In this document: one piece after another, positions 47,130 to 61,089 of the stretch
How positions within the stretch are numbered: the stretch's first letter is position 1
How the letters are laid out: every line of letters starts with the position of its first letter
NCBI RefSeq assembly: GCF_030684315.1
Contig: NC_081365.1
Span: 36,607,394 to 36,671,393 of the forward strand
Source: Stegostoma tigrinum
Taxonomy: Eukaryota
Direction of reading: 5' to 3'
Length of the DNA: 64,000 bases
Notes under the pieces: generated by a model
Database searches by the model: none
Told to the model about the DNA's origin: nothing
Seen by the model: the letters and a program-made list of their open reading frames with translations, nothing else
Made by a program: the position numbers and the translations under genes

Positions 47130-48250
47130 CTTAGGGTTATTTGAATAGAATGGTGACAGCACAAGTCATCTGAGCCAGCTGTTTGCAAGAACAACTCACC
47201 TAGTCTCATTCTTCCATTTTGTCCCTGGTCCAAAAAGTGGAAAAGAAATTGCAGGTTAAATATCCAATTCTCTTTAAAGACCTGTCTCCGTCAGAATGCA
47301 AGGTAAAGCATTCCAGATCCTAATCAAGTGTTGGGTGAGAGCTTTTCCTTATGTTATCAATGCCTTTGCCATTTGGGTTAAATTAACATTCCTTGGTTCT
47401 CAAACTTCTGAAAATAGAACAGCTTTCCCCCTTCTAATGTCAAAATCTCCTAATTGTGCTAAAAACATATCTAAATTTCCTCCTCTCAAAAGAACAGGTT
47501 TTTCAATTTCTGTATAACTGAAGTTTGCCACCCTGGTAACATTTTCGTGAATCTTTTCTATACCTTCTCTGACAAGTGCAGATTATTCCTAAAATACGGT
47601 GGGCAGAAATGGACAACATTCCGGGTGAGCTCAAATCAGTGTTTTACACAGATTCACAGCTTTCCTTTGTACACAATGCCACAATTAGTAAAGCCTAGGA
47701 TTCCTACTGCTTTGCTAATCACTTTCTCTACCACCTTCAAATCATGTGCATGTATTTCCAACACTCTTAATTTCTGCACCCATCATTTTATATTTACTCT
47801 ATCACTTTACACTTCACAGTAAAATCTCTGCTCCTCGTCAGCATATTCCATCAACCTGCCCAAGCCCTCTAAGCTTATCACTATCCCTGCTTAGTTCACA
47901 ATGCTTTCAAATCTTCATTCATAAATCTTAACTGTATCCTGATCAAAATCTCAGTCATAAATACACATCAAGATAAAATGGTCCCAGCATCTATCCACAG
48001 GAAGCCCGACTATGCATTTTTCATCAGCATGAGAAACAACAGTTCATGACTTTTTCCTTACTTTGTCATCCATGCAGCCTGTTTTGTTCAGCAGGATCCA
48101 AATCTGCTGACAAACTGGTTACATAGCATTTTCCCAAGTGCCTTTTGGAAGGCTATACACACTACATTTACCCTCTCTGCTAATTTTAAAAAAAGCATGT
48201 TAGTTAAACATGATTTGTTCTTAAATCTGAATTGCCTTTCCTTAATTGAA
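47130..48250 (-). mobile_element. Degenerate CR1 LINE fragment
   Basis: Minus-strand remnants of QFCPPYFR and DFQKA..K-type motifs. Confidence 0.6.
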
Positions 48251-49014
48251 TATTCATGTAGAAATCACTTATACCCAAAATGTGCTGCTTCAATGGAACA
48301 GTGCAGTTTTAAAAGGAACCGGTCATGAAAATTGAACCGCATTAAACACGAGATAATGGTTATTTGCCTTGTGAACACCAGTTGTATACATAGTCAAAAC
48401 AGTCAGTTAAGGGTCTGTTAGACACTTAAATTCTTTAATATCCTTCTCTTGAAAAAGAAAATTATTTCATGGAACGTAGGCAGCGCTGGCAAGATCAATG
48501 ACAGTTGCCTGCTGAACAGAGATCAGTCAAGCGATAACTAAATTGCTATGGGCTTTAAGTCTCAGAGGCCAGCCTGGATAAAGACGGTGGGGGGGGGGGG
48601 GAATGATTTTTTTTTTAGAAACATCAACCAACATTGGCTTCATAGCCCCATTATTGAAAGTAGCTTTGAATACCTCCAATTACCACAGTTGCAATTGAAC
48701 ATGGCCTCTCAGCATTAGCCTGGCTTCTGCATTACTAGTCCAGTGACATTGCCACAACACTTGTGCCTCCATGTTAGCTTTAGAACCTAAACATCCCTTT
48801 ATCAGGAAGAAGTGTGTGTGAAGGAAAATCTAAATCTAAAAGTTGAAACAAACTTGTTCTCTGCAAAAATGGAAGAGATGGGGCTATCCTTTTTGTTGTA
48901 GGATGGAATCTAAAATATTCCTAATGTACTGCATAAAGGGCATGTCAGAGGCTAGGTCATGCAATTCACAATATCTCAATAATTCACACTTAAAATTTCA
49001 GACAGCCTAAAAAG

Positions 49015-49026
49015 TTTATTTTTATT
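49015..49026 (-). promoter_or_regulatory. Candidate distal polyadenylation signal of KPNA1
   Basis: Tandem AATAAA AATAAA on the minus strand, followed by GU-rich sequence. A proximal alternative lies at 52393-52398. Confidence 0.45.
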
Positions 49027-49439
49027 AAATGTTCATTGCTTGCCATATGGCAAATGGATGTTGTCTTACGTAATCGAGAGCAAAAGGGCTGAACTGTTTG
49101 ACAATTGTGCAAAATGTATTAGTAAGCTATCAAATTTGGCAAGTGACAAAAAGAAATAACATCCCTGTAAACAAAATGTATTTGTAAATATAGCTTGAAG
49201 AAAACAAAGTTCTTATTGAGCCGGCTGAATTCTTGTTACAGACCTCTGTTACGATGAACGCTGTAGCAGACATTTTCCAAACATGATGACAAAACTAAAA
49301 TAATGTTCAAAATGTAAACAATTCATGAAAATTTGCACTGAAACAGTGCCTTTCATAACCATTGAATTTACTGAAGGTCTTTTTAATAGTACTTTTAAAG
49401 CATACTTCCTGTTGTAGTTTTAGAGGTCAACGTGCACAC

Positions 49440-49760
49440 AGCCAGCTGCCACAAACAGTCTTTTCATAATGACCAGACAATATTTTTTTTGATGCTGATT
49501 GAAAGGATAAATTTTGGCCAAGACACCAGGTATAATCTTTTCCACCTCTTCTTGGAAATAGTGCTTTTGGGATCCTTTATCTCTACTTTTAAGACCAATA
49601 GGGCCTTAGTGTTTTGGATCATGTTAAACTATCTCACAGCACACTCTTAATACTACACTTAAGTAGCAGCCTTGATTTTTGAGCTCATGTCCTAGAATGT
49701 GACTCAACTCAAATCTTAACATTCTGAAGCAAATATGCTACCAATTTATCCATGGCTGAC
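49440..49760 (-). mobile_element. SacSINE1/DeuSINE-like element
   Basis: Minus-strand head GTCAGCCATGG...TGGTAGCA..TTCAGAATGTT and core AAAGGATCCCAAAAGCACTATTTC. Confidence 0.65.
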
Positions 49761-50779
49761 ACTAATCATACCTTATTTATCATCAGCTCTGTTTTTGTTC
49801 AAAAAGTTATTCAGTGATCACCTGAACAGAGCTGTTTAGAGAACATAGCTGACATTCAGTTTATGACATCTATTGAACAGTTCATTGACAAATAGGTTAC
49901 AATTTAAACCATGGATCATTGTCATTTAATAAGGATTGTGCAGGGCATCAGAATAGAAGTCATCTACTTGAAGGAACCTTTGAACTCGTTATAAAATGTC
50001 ATTTTTGTCAAACATTTCACATTATTAAAAATGTAGAACTATTGTCTCAGTTTGTCTGTGTTTTCAGCTTCACTGTCAATCATAGAAATAAAACAGAATA
50101 TCACAAACAGATTTTATGGGCAGACTTGTAGGACTATTATCCACAAAGAGCGCAACATAAAAAAGTGACAGTTTCTTTTGTTAATTTTGGTTTTTGAAAC
50201 CAAGTTATTTTTAGAACAAAATTGCAAATTGAAAGCCAAAATACTCTAATCTAGTAAGTACTGAAATGACGTTGGCTCCTTGATAAAGGCTAATTAAACA
50301 ACATTTCCTTTTGCTGTTTTTTCCATTAAATCCAATTGGTACTACAATATTTAAGATTGGACTGTACAACTCACAATACTATACCCAAAGATTATAAACA
50401 AAAATTAGAGCTGAATAAGATGCACAATATTTGTTCAGGGCTCTGTTGCTGCAGTTTCCTCCAGTCAAGCTATACAAATATGAACCACAGTATTAATACT
50501 ACAAACTAATACAAAATTAAACATATCCTTTGTCTATGTCATTTACAAGTGGGCCACAGTGAACTACTTTGCGGATGTTTTAACGAACAGTTGCATCATG
50601 ATACAGCATTCCCAGCACTGCTCCTCAGTATTAGTCCCCACACAATATTTTGTTGTTTGAAACATGATTAAATCATGAAATTCCAATTAAAACATAATCT
50701 CTTATACCAATAACTGAGTTTGGTAGTAAGAAAACAAGAAAAGCCATTACTTTACAAATTAGAGATTTTAAGCATGTTT

Positions 50780-52000
50780 ATGCTGGAGGATATGCAGTTG
50801 CTACTGAGGAAGCACTTAAATGATCTCTTTTGGTGCTAAGAACGATTTCTGATAATGCCAACAAAAATCAAAGTACACAAATTGCATCTGTAAATGCTAC
50901 CAAGTTAAGTTGTACCTAGAAACAGCATCATGAAAAGTATGGAAAGACTCTTGGGTATCTTGGTAAAGAACCAAAAATCAATGCAATGCATCAGTGAATC
51001 AAAAACCAAAAGCTTCATAATAATCTAAAAGAATGGACAGAATGAGAGTTCAGTCAGAAGGCATTAGAGCTAGGGGTGGATGGTTCAGATTTTGTTAAAA
51101 AGGTAATTCAATTTGCAAAACAGATGGGTGAAGCAACTTGTTCTGATACTGTAGCTGAAAATTCCTTACCTGTTTGAAGATATTTACCAAAGGCAATTTC
51201 TGAAACAAGTCCTCAATATTGCTGCAACAGGGATTTATTAGAAACATATGTCATGAAGAAAATATGTTTTCCTAGAGGTAAAGACTGCATCAAGTTTTAA
51301 AACTACTGGATATCACTGAACTCATCCGCTTGGTGGGAACCCTAATACCTCAAGTGATGTGCCACAGAGACATGGGCTATTCTAAAGAAAATCTACATGT
51401 TATTTTTCAATCAAATAAAAGAATCTGGATAACCAAGACAGTGTTACATGAATGGTTCTCTATATTCCATTCCCATTTACAAGGAATATTGCTCATCTTA
51501 GGTAGGCCATTCAATCAATTCTGATGGCTTATCAGGAAGTGTAATGGTTGTTCACCTACCAGATTATTCGTCACTTCTTCTACCTCATCAAGGAAGCAGA
51601 TAGTGAACACAGACCAAAAATCAAGGAATTTATGGTAATGCAAAAATTCCGCAAGGGTTAATTGTTACACTGTTGATTTATGGAATGTTGTTTTGGTGGC
51701 ATGTATGAAAAGTATGTGGCAAAAAGCATGTTCGAATGCATTGTCAAAGCATTTCGCAATGTTGTCCCCAATGTTTAATGTAAAAATCATTAATTTAGCC
51801 AAAGAAGATAGCTCTAAAGAGATGGAGGAAGCTAAAAGTGCCAATACTGGAGTCCTACAGACACAAATTGAATGAGAATTTCACACAGCTAGAAACAAAA
51901 GCCAAAGAAATGCACACCATTAAAAAATGTTACAAAGAGCTTAAACTAAACCAAAATAGCTGGCTAGAAGTATTTGGATAATTTTTAAGTTTGTTGACAA
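50780..52000 (+). mobile_element. Tigger/pogo DNA transposon transposase fossil
   Basis: Ordered, frameshifted remnants: A.GGWF, GEATCSD, QVLNIAATG, LHVIFQSNKRIWITKTVLHEWF and CMKSMWQKAC. Confidence 0.75.
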
Positions 52001-54563
52001 TCCTACCCCTCCAACCCATTTAACACCTCCACTCACTCCACCACACTTATTCAAAACATCACTCATGAGCATTACCATATTTAAATACCAACTATATTTA
52101 GAAAGTTAAGAGTTCTTTTAGGAATATAGTGTAAACATACAGTATTTCAATTTGTTCATCCTTTCATGAAAAATGACAAATATTCTTACTACCAATTTAT
52201 ACTTTATGGGAAAAATCTACACTTTTTTAAAAATCATACTTTTAAAGAATGCTGTACTTTGAAATACGGCAACTATTTTGTAAATGCAAAATTGAGGTTT
52301 TTTTAAGAAAATAAGCACTGTTGCTCTCACTGCAGTATTGTTTGTGGTAGAGTCATAAATACTTATTGAAAATCTGCCATTATCAATAATGCTTTATTTT
52401 CTAGGATATTAATGAACTCGCTACCCAAATCTCAGGTCTCACTTAACACGAAATCTAAGCAAACTTTTACCAGTGTCATTTTAGTCACCTCTGCCTGAAA
52501 TGCTAAAAGCTGTACACACCAGTAGACAGCTTGAACTGTCACCAATTCCAACTCATGTCTTGTAACAGTATGGTATCATGTGACCAGCTTACAAATATTG
52601 GCCCAAAATAAGGAAATGGAACAACTATCACTCAGCCACACTTGTTTCCATGACTGATAAAAGCCTGGATAGCAAATTGGCAAATGCATTTAAAGTCATG
52701 GAGCATGTACAACACAGTAATATCTTGTGGGAGAAGATAATTGGTTTCAGGTATTGATCAGAACTAAGATTTTCCGGAGTCTTTGAAAACAGACATCAAT
52801 CCTTTATACAACTAAATCTTAAACAGTGCAAAGTATACCTCAAAAGAAATGGGAACAAGAACCAATGAAGTACAAGTAGGAGATCTGTATTAATCACTGT
52901 ATCAAGTGTGTGGTCACAAACACTATTAACCAACCATATCTCCACCATGAAATAGCAAAGGAACTAAAAGAACTGACTTAATACTCAGCCCATGTCTTTA
53001 CAGGTACGCTGACATGACACTGAAATCATAACATTGCCAGCTTTTGGGTCTCAAGCCAAAACCAGTAGTACTTTCTTTTCTTACGTCACAGCAATTTGAA
53101 TATTATCTCAATAAATCAACATTGGCTGGTCATTAGAAGGTTGACACGACAAGGCCAGTTGAAAGGATGAATGTTGTTATTGTGCAGTGAAAGATTTGTA
53201 AAGTGACCATTCTTCAAAAATACGCGATTCCTAATTTTGATGAGACTTCAAGTTCAGATTCTGCCAAGATGGTTCATGTTTTTTCAGTGTGAGCCATTTC
53301 TTCCATTCTCACTTCTCACCAGTTTGTGCTCACTAAATCACTAGGCTATCTAGTAAGATAGCACTATAAAATGGAAAGCTCAGATGGGTTTCTTAATTTA
53401 ACTTTGCTCTGTAAAGAACAGCAGTTATATTGCCCAGAATGACAATCCTAAGTGGCAAGAGGATTTTAATTAACATAAACCAACAATCAAATGATTTCTG
53501 GTTCTAATATACACAGTGCGCTGAACATTTTAAGTTTATACAGAGATCAGAATGGCCTGTAGGAATTAGCCTCTACTCCATAGCTCCCCATGACTAGCTG
53601 TATACCAGCCATTTCAAGTTATGTCACCAAATTAGTTCTGATAGTTCCTAATGCTGAATTACTCATTTTCTCCTGGATGCAATATAATTTACCAATTACA
53701 GATCCTTATGCATATGAACTTAAATTTCACTGCTTCACAATTCCAACAAAAATCTATTTTTCACAGATATCTTGTCTAATTGTCACAAGAACATTTCAAA
53801 ATGAAGCTAGAAAAAAATCTTTTACATTATGCTTCGAATTACCACAAAGTAAAAGTTAACTAGTTCAGTAGATCTTGTCACCGGTGCGTTTTGTCAGATT
53901 GATAAACTGAGCAGGAAGAAGTCATATTCAAACCACCAAGCCCAGCCACCCCTCAAACTACCATAAGGGATGATCATGACTCCATTTCTAATAGATTTGT
54001 CATTAACTATAGAAAACGTAAATGAACGTCATTCAATGGAGGGCATTACTGGGTAGACAGTCCATCAGTTAACCTACAATGATATTGCACCAGTTTGATT
54101 TTTACAAACAAACAAAAAAAAAATCAGCAATATTAAACATCACAATAGAAAGGACAGAGCCACAGCAAAGATACAATTATTTAAGATGGAAGAGTCAGGT
54201 GGTGCAAATTTGCTGAGTTTGCCCTAACCCCTATTTGAATGTTTATGTACATATATTATTATACACACAAGAATACAACCTTCATATATAATATACTTTG
54301 TGTGGTTCCCAAATGTAGCTTTGTAGGGTGTGTTGTATGTAAATACGTGCTTTTCTATACACCTACATACAACCTCTTGTTAATAAGAACCATTCAGCTA
54401 ACTGAGCAAGTTCTTCCCAGCATTGCTCACCTGTATAGGTGCATACTTATCATGGTGTTAGGTGCAGTTCCCCCCCACCCGCAAAAGAACTTGTCAGTCC
54501 CAACAGCCCTGGGAGAGGTGTGTGTGTCTTAAGTGGAGTCAGTAGTCCTCTTTGAGATTGTGC

Positions 54564-54754
54564 TTACAGCTGGAAGCCCTCCATCTGAGCTTCATGTGGT
54601 TGGAAGATGTATTGCTGCTGATTAAGATCGACTTGAGGGACAATGTTGGCATCTTCCTCCTCTTCTGTACCAAAGTAATGCTCTATTAGATCAAATGCTT
54701 TCTGATAAACATCCTGGTTTTCATGGCTCTGCAAGAATTCAATCTTATCCAAAC
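54564..54754 (-). CDS. KPNA1: Importin subunit alpha (KPNA1) last coding exon
   Basis: CTGCAG acceptor; encodes (G)[62 protein letters not shown]. Confidence 0.96.
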
Positions 54755-55179
54755 CTGCAGAAGGTTTTAAAAAAAAACTTTAAGTCAAGATCTTCCCTTT
54801 AAATGCCTTGAGACAGTTTCTGCTTTGAATGCAAGTGGGAAGCTTGTAACAAATTCCTCTTGAAATTGCAGCTTTTACAAAGTTATCGTTCAAGTTCCCA
54901 CCAAAATACATTAGCATAATTCCAAAATGAAATGTTTCACAAACCAGCACATTCAACTTAATAGAATGTAATCATTAAAGCTTTTTTTGGATTAAAAATG
55001 TTCAGTGGTATGTTTAGGAAGGTACCGTAATGAAGTGAAAACAGACTCATTACAAAAAAAACCATTGTTAGTGAATGTCTAGTTACATTTAAGTACACAC
55101 AAGATTACAACCTAAACTTGATAACACTATACTGAGTTTTTTTATTACTCTTTTGCTTTTACTACTATTTAGAAAACCA

Positions 55180-56200
55180 TAACACAAAGCAGAAGAAATA
55201 GACCATTCAGCTCACTGATTCTGCTCCACCATTCAACGTGATCATGGCTGATCTGAATCTTCAACTCCACTTTCCTGCATTTTCTCTGTAACTTTATTAC
55301 CTTACTGATTAGAAATCAGTCTCAGCCTTAAATATATTTACTACAACCCAGCCTCAACAGTACATTCTGGAAATTTTGCACATTCATGACCCTCAAGAAA
55401 CTACTCAACTCTTGACCTAAATGTGACTCCAGTATTTGAAGATTATGCCCTATAGCCTTAAGCTCTACCACAATGGAGAAACAACCTTTCTGCATCTACC
55501 CATTCAAATCCCCAAAGAATCTTAAGTTTCAAAAAGATTACCTCTCATTCGTCTACATTCCAATGAACACAGGCCCAACCTACTCACTCTTTTCATAAGA
55601 CAGTCTCTCCATACCCAATATTAACCTTCTCCAAAATACGTCTGCTGCCACCGCATCTTTCCATAGATAACAGTCCCAAAACCATAGAGTATTCCTACTG
55701 TGTTCTGACTAGTGCCTTGTGCAGTTTTAGCAAAACTTCCTGACCTTTGTACTCTAGTCCCTTTGAAATAACAGTCAACATTTGCCTTATTACCCAAACT
55801 TGGATGCTCACCTTTTACAATTCATGGACTAAAACTTCCAAATCCCTCCATTTTGTAGATCTCCACAGTCTTGCTCCACGAGTATGAGTATATTTCCTGC
55901 TAAATTGCATAACCTCATTTTCTCAACTGCATCTGCAAACTTTTTGCCCACTCATTTAACCTATCTATATTCCTCTGTAGACCATCAACCACACCATTTG
56001 CCTTCCCACCTATTTTTTGTCTTCACCTTGCTCATCCATTAATATATATTTTAAATAATTGTAGTCCCAAAAGATTCCTCTGGCACTCACTAAACACAGG
56101 CTGTTATCCTGAATTGTCACCCTTATCCCAATTCTGTTTTCTATCAGTTAACCAATCTTCTCTCCTTGCTAATATACTACCTCCAACATCATGGGTCTTA
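55180..56200 (-). mobile_element. Degenerate CR1 LINE 3' fragment
   Basis: Similar to 1436-2070. Confidence 0.75.
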
Positions 56201-56399
56201 AATATCCCTCCACTCAACTCCTTATTAGTATATATAAAAGGATGCAAACGTACATGGAACAGTTAATTCCAGCCAACTTTTGATAAGTACATTTTAGCTT
56301 CAAGACAGCAGCGTAGACAATTTAAACAGCCAGTATTTAGACGTTTTCCTGGATTATTCACTCATTGCTACAAGGCCACCAAGCTTTTTTGCCATATTT

Positions 56400-57190
56400 A
56401 ATTAACAAAATTGGCTGTAAATTGAGTGAAGGGAGTAAAGGACCTGGGCTTCCCTGTTCACCAGTTGCTGAAGGTGAGCATGCAGGTGCAGAAGGCAGTA
56501 AAGGCGGCAAATGGTACGTTGGCCTTCATTGCGAGATGTTGAGTAAAGCAGGGATATGTTGCTGCAATTGTACAGGGCCTTGGTGAGGCCACACCTGGAA
56601 TACTGTGCGCACATTTGGTCTCCCTTTCTGGGTAGGGTCGCTCTTGGTCTCAAGGGAGTGCAACAAAGGCTTGCAAGGCTGATTCTGGGGATAGCGGGTC
56701 TGACATATGAAGAGAGTTTGACAAGGTTGGGATTGTTTCTGCTACAGTTCAGATAAAGGGAATGGGGGCGGTGGGGAAGTGGTGGTGGTGGTGGGGGGAG
56801 AATCTCATACAGAGATGAAATTTCAACAGGACTGGACTGGTTAGATGCAGGGAGGATGTTCCCAAATGGTGGGTGTGTCCAGAACCAGGGGTCACAGTAA
56901 GAGGATTTGGGATATATCATTTTGAATGGAGATAAGGAGACATTTTTTCAACCAAAAAAAAAGAGTGGAGAGTGTGTGAACTTTATTACTACAGGAAATA
57001 ATTGATGCCAAAACATTGAATGTATTCAGGAAGCAACAGATATAGCACTTGGGGCGAATGGGATCAAAAGGTTACGGGGAGAAAGCAGGGCCTGGCTATT
57101 GAGTTGGATGATCAGGCACGCTCATGAGGAATGGTGGAACAGGCTCATAGGGCCAAATGGCCTCCTCCTATCTTCTGTTTCTATGTTAAA
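56400..57190 (+). mobile_element. CR1 LINE 3' fragment
   Basis: ORF 56556-56756 contains LLQLYRALVRPHLEYCAHIWSP. Confidence 0.9.
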
Positions 57191-57514
57191 AGTACTACTT
57201 CATAGTTTTCATTAAAATTGGATGGAATACATCAAACTAAATCAATTGCAAGTTGCTCAGCATATTTTACATATTTCAGTGGAGTTAAAATTTGGTTACT
57301 TACAGGCAGAGAACTAGCTATTCATTAAGAATGAATATTTGTGAGAAACGTACTTTCAGTTACATAATGTGAGTGCACGGTACCATCTACAAATGAATAT
57401 CTTTAACTCTAAGAAAACATTTGAATGCACTTCCTGCAATTACACAAAAAAGTGTCAATGCAACTTATTTTCTGCTAATTAAATGTAGAAGAACCTAGTT
57501 AATTCTTTACTCAC

Positions 57515-57693
57515 CATAGGCCTCCTCTATTAGTGCACAATATGGATTTATTCCTGTTCCATTTTGTTTAGCTTCCTGCTCACCCAGTCTAAGTATATTC
57601 TCCAAGCCATTCAAAGACACTTGAACTATCTTTGCATCCATAACAGTCAGCAAGTCGCATAATGGTTTAATGCAGCCCAATTCCACTATATAT
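57515..57693 (-). CDS. KPNA1: Importin subunit alpha (KPNA1) penultimate coding exon; gene continues beyond the window end
   Basis: TTTTCAG acceptor; encodes [59 protein letters not shown](G); GTGAGT donor. It belongs to the KPNA1/5/6 subfamily and is assigned to KPNA1 by synteny. Confidence 0.95.
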
Positions 57694-58269
57694 CTGAAAA
57701 TGATGATGGAAGGGACACAAAAACTTAATACTGGGCAAGTGCATGCAAAATATTGACACACGTTTCGTGGTTAAAAATTTACAGGTACATGACGAGGATG
57801 CATAGTCCAGAGGCCTACAGTCAGTAAAACACTTCCTTTATAAATGAGTCATGTAACATGTGCATAATATGTATGCTCTAAATAAATAGAAGCATCAATT
57901 TCCTGGGAAAACAGCTCGAGACTCAAAAAAGAATCTGTTCATTCATATTACCTAGGCAACCTGCTCAGAGATACTAGACCTCCAGAGCAGGCAGGGCCTC
58001 CTGATGTAGGGATACTATCACTGCACAAGAACGCCCCATCTTCTGTTAGTTGACTTTCCACTGTTATCATCAACAGATACGTCTATGTTAAATCATTAAC
58101 TCCCACTTGTAATCTAGCCTCACAAAAGCAAAGGTCAGACTTTGCTTGAACCCAAGAAGTCTTTTAACTAGATCCAGGCTAAATTTTGAAAGCATTCACA
58201 GATGAGTTCCGTGAACTTTCAGCTATCATTACAATCCTACATTAGCTGTCTACTATATTTCCTAGAAGG

Positions 58270-58545
58270 CTTAAAAGTGTACAATCAAGGCTGACATTTC
58301 AGTGCAGTACTGAAGTGTTGCATTTATGAAATATAGTTTAGCATGCTACATGAAGAACAAAGTCCTGGTAGATGACTAGACAGACGTTAGGATTTTCAGG
58401 CAGTTATTCCAATGCCCTTATCAATAATCAATATCAAAACAGATTAACTGTTGTACATCTTTTAGTACCGTATTGGGTGTAAGTTAGCTGCAGTGAATGC
58501 CTCAATGGAAACAGTGATTGCATTTCACAACTAAGGTTTGGAATA
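58270..58545 (+). mobile_element. SacSINE1/DeuSINE-like fragment
   Basis: AGGCTGACATTTCAGTGCAGTACTGA core. Confidence 0.55.
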
Positions 58546-58559
58546 TTTTAAACTAAGTA

Positions 58560-58935
58560 AAGATGATAGGATAGGGGGAATCTCAGGCTTATAAAATTCG
58601 AACAGGACTGGACAGGGTAGATGCAGGGAGGATGCTCCCAATGGTGGGTGTGTCCAGAACTAGGGGTCACAGTGAAGATTTGGGGTAGACAATTTAAGAC
58701 AGAGATGAGAAGACATCTCTTCAACCAAAGAGTGGTGAGCCTGTGGAATTCATTACAACAGCAAGTAGTTGACGCCAAAACATTGAATGCATTCAAGAGG
58801 CAGCTAGATGTAGTACTTGGGGCAAATGCAATCAAAGATTATAGGGAGAAAGCAGGATTAGGCTACTGAATTGGACGAACAGCCAATATCATAGAATGGT
58901 GGAGCAGGTTTGAAGGGCCAAATGGCCTCCTCATC
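58560..58935 (+). mobile_element. CR1 LINE 3' fragment
   Basis: ORF 58621-58869 contains FKTEMRRHLFNQRVVSLWNSL...AFKRQLD. Confidence 0.9.
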
Positions 58936-59509
58936 TAAGATACTCAGACATCGCCGTAGAAACAATGTTGTAAATAAAGTACAAGAGTGAGGTGTACACC
59001 CCCTACATTACATTTCTATTTGTTACTATGTGTTTTTACGTAGTTTTTTTGATGGATGTCAATATCATGAACAGGTGTCTGGTCAGGGTTGACTACGGTT
59101 ATGCATAACTCCTACTTATCTGGAAGGTTTGATCAATCGGCACACTTTTCATATCGTATGTACCAGTTAACAAAAGGTTTGCTGTGATTTTATTTCACTA
59201 GTTATGCCTGCTGTTTCTGACAGGATTGCAAGAATCTGCTTACCTTACATGTGACTAAAAATACAGAGCATTGTCTAAATTCCAGCTCCCATCAGAACAA
59301 AACTCAGTTATTGAAGTGTGGCTGATGCAGTTTTTGTTCCAACAAACAGGAACAAACTTACACAATTACGAATTTAATTAACCGGATATAAATTGAGACA
59401 TAGGTATGCAATGGAATCTAAGTATTTGATTGAGTCGGCATTTAAAATACTCGGTGATTCTTAGTTTCTGAAGGATGGTTTGTACCAGCTACACCTTAAA
59501 AGCAATAAT

Positions 59510-61075
59510 TCAGGTATGTGGGCATCATTGGCAAGGACAGAATTTATCACCCAAGGTGGCAAATTACCTTCTTGACCACTGTCATCTTTATGTTGTAGGT
59601 ACAGCCACTGCTTTAGTAAGTGCATTCCAGAACAGTGAAGGAACAGCTTTTAATGGATAGCATAAGAGGGAAATGTGCAGGTGGCAATTCAATGCTTATG
59701 ATAGTCTTGTTTTTACAAGTTGGAAAGGATCATATGTTTGGAAGGTACTGTTGCAGCAGGTGAGGGGAATTTCTGCAGTGCATGTTGTAGATGGGTATAC
59801 TGCTGCCACTTTGCACTGATGGTGGAAGGAGTGAATGTTCAAGGTGGAATAGGTAGTCAATCAGCAGGCCTCTTGGACCTGGATGGTGTCTCATTTAGAT
59901 TGTTGCAACTGCACCCATCAGTTAAAACATGCATCTTGTCACACTTCCAACTTTGTGCTTATAGATGGTGGATAGGCTTAGGAATTACGATTTATACACT
60001 GCAGAGTTCCCAGCTGCTGCTGGGAACTTGCTTTTATAGCCAAGTAATTCTTTGGTTGGTCTAGTTCGCTTTCTGGTCAAAAGTAACCCCAGGATGTTGA
60101 AGGTCTGGGGATTCAGTGATAGTAAAGCCTTTAAATATCAAAAGGGAATTGGTTAGACTCTCTTGTTTGAGATGTCAATTGCTTAGTATTGTGATAGCAC
60201 AAATTTAATTTGCCATTTATCAGTCCAAACCTGAACACTGCTTGCAGTAAGAACTAAGCAGATAGACTGCTTCATTATCGGTGGTGTTGACAATGGAACT
60301 GAACATTATTCAATCAGTAAATATCTCACCCTTCTGACTCAAATGATGGAGTAAAGGTCACTAATGAAACCATTGAAGATGGCACGACCTACAACACTAC
60401 CCTGACGAAGTCCTACAACAATGTACTGCACCTAAGATTATTTGGTCTCAAACCACCATTTTTGGTTGCAATTAGTCGGTAGTTTTATCCCACCCACTCG
60501 AATTCCCACAAACTTCATTTTGTCAGGATTCATTGATACAATGCTCTATCAAAGTGCTGCATGTAGTCAAAGGCTTCCTCTCTCACCTCACTTCTGGAAT
60601 TCAGCTCCATTGCATATGTTGCAATTGAGACTGTAATAAACTGAGCTGAGTGTACCTTACAGCCTAAATTGCTGATTAAGTACAAAATAAAAACTGAAAA
60701 AACTGCAGATGATGTAAATCAGGAACAAAAACAGAAGTTGCTGGAAAAAGTCCAACAGGTCCGGCAGCATCTGTGAAGGCAGTCAGAGTTAATGTTTTGG
60801 GTCCAGTGACCCATCCTCAGAAGGAAGTACCACTTAATAATACTGTCTATGCCATTTTCTATCACTTCACTGATGACTGACAGTAGATTGATGGGGCATA
60901 ATTGTTTGGATAAGATTTGTCCCACTTTGTCTACAGGATATCCCTGGACAATTTTTATATCTTTGGGTGGATGGCAATGTCATGGCTGGACTGCGATAGC
61001 TTGCCTCAGAACAAGGCTGGTTTTAGAACACGTCTTCGTTACTACAACCAAATTGGAAGTCATGGCCCTTGGTGA
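59510..61075 (-). mobile_element. Degenerate LINE (second CR1/L2-group family), with a Penelope 3' fragment at ~60684-60822
   Basis: Homologous to 20430-22520 and contains CPINLLSVISEVIE. The insert ends in a degenerate hammerhead at 60787-60822 (-) and is flanked by AAGTAC. Confidence 0.7.
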
Positions 61076-61089
61076 GTCCGATGACTCCA

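Noticed and set aside
48589-48601. Poly-G run, and the G-rich tract at 56764-56798, as functional G-quadruplexes
   Set aside because: These are simple-sequence expansions inside decayed repeats, with no evidence of function.
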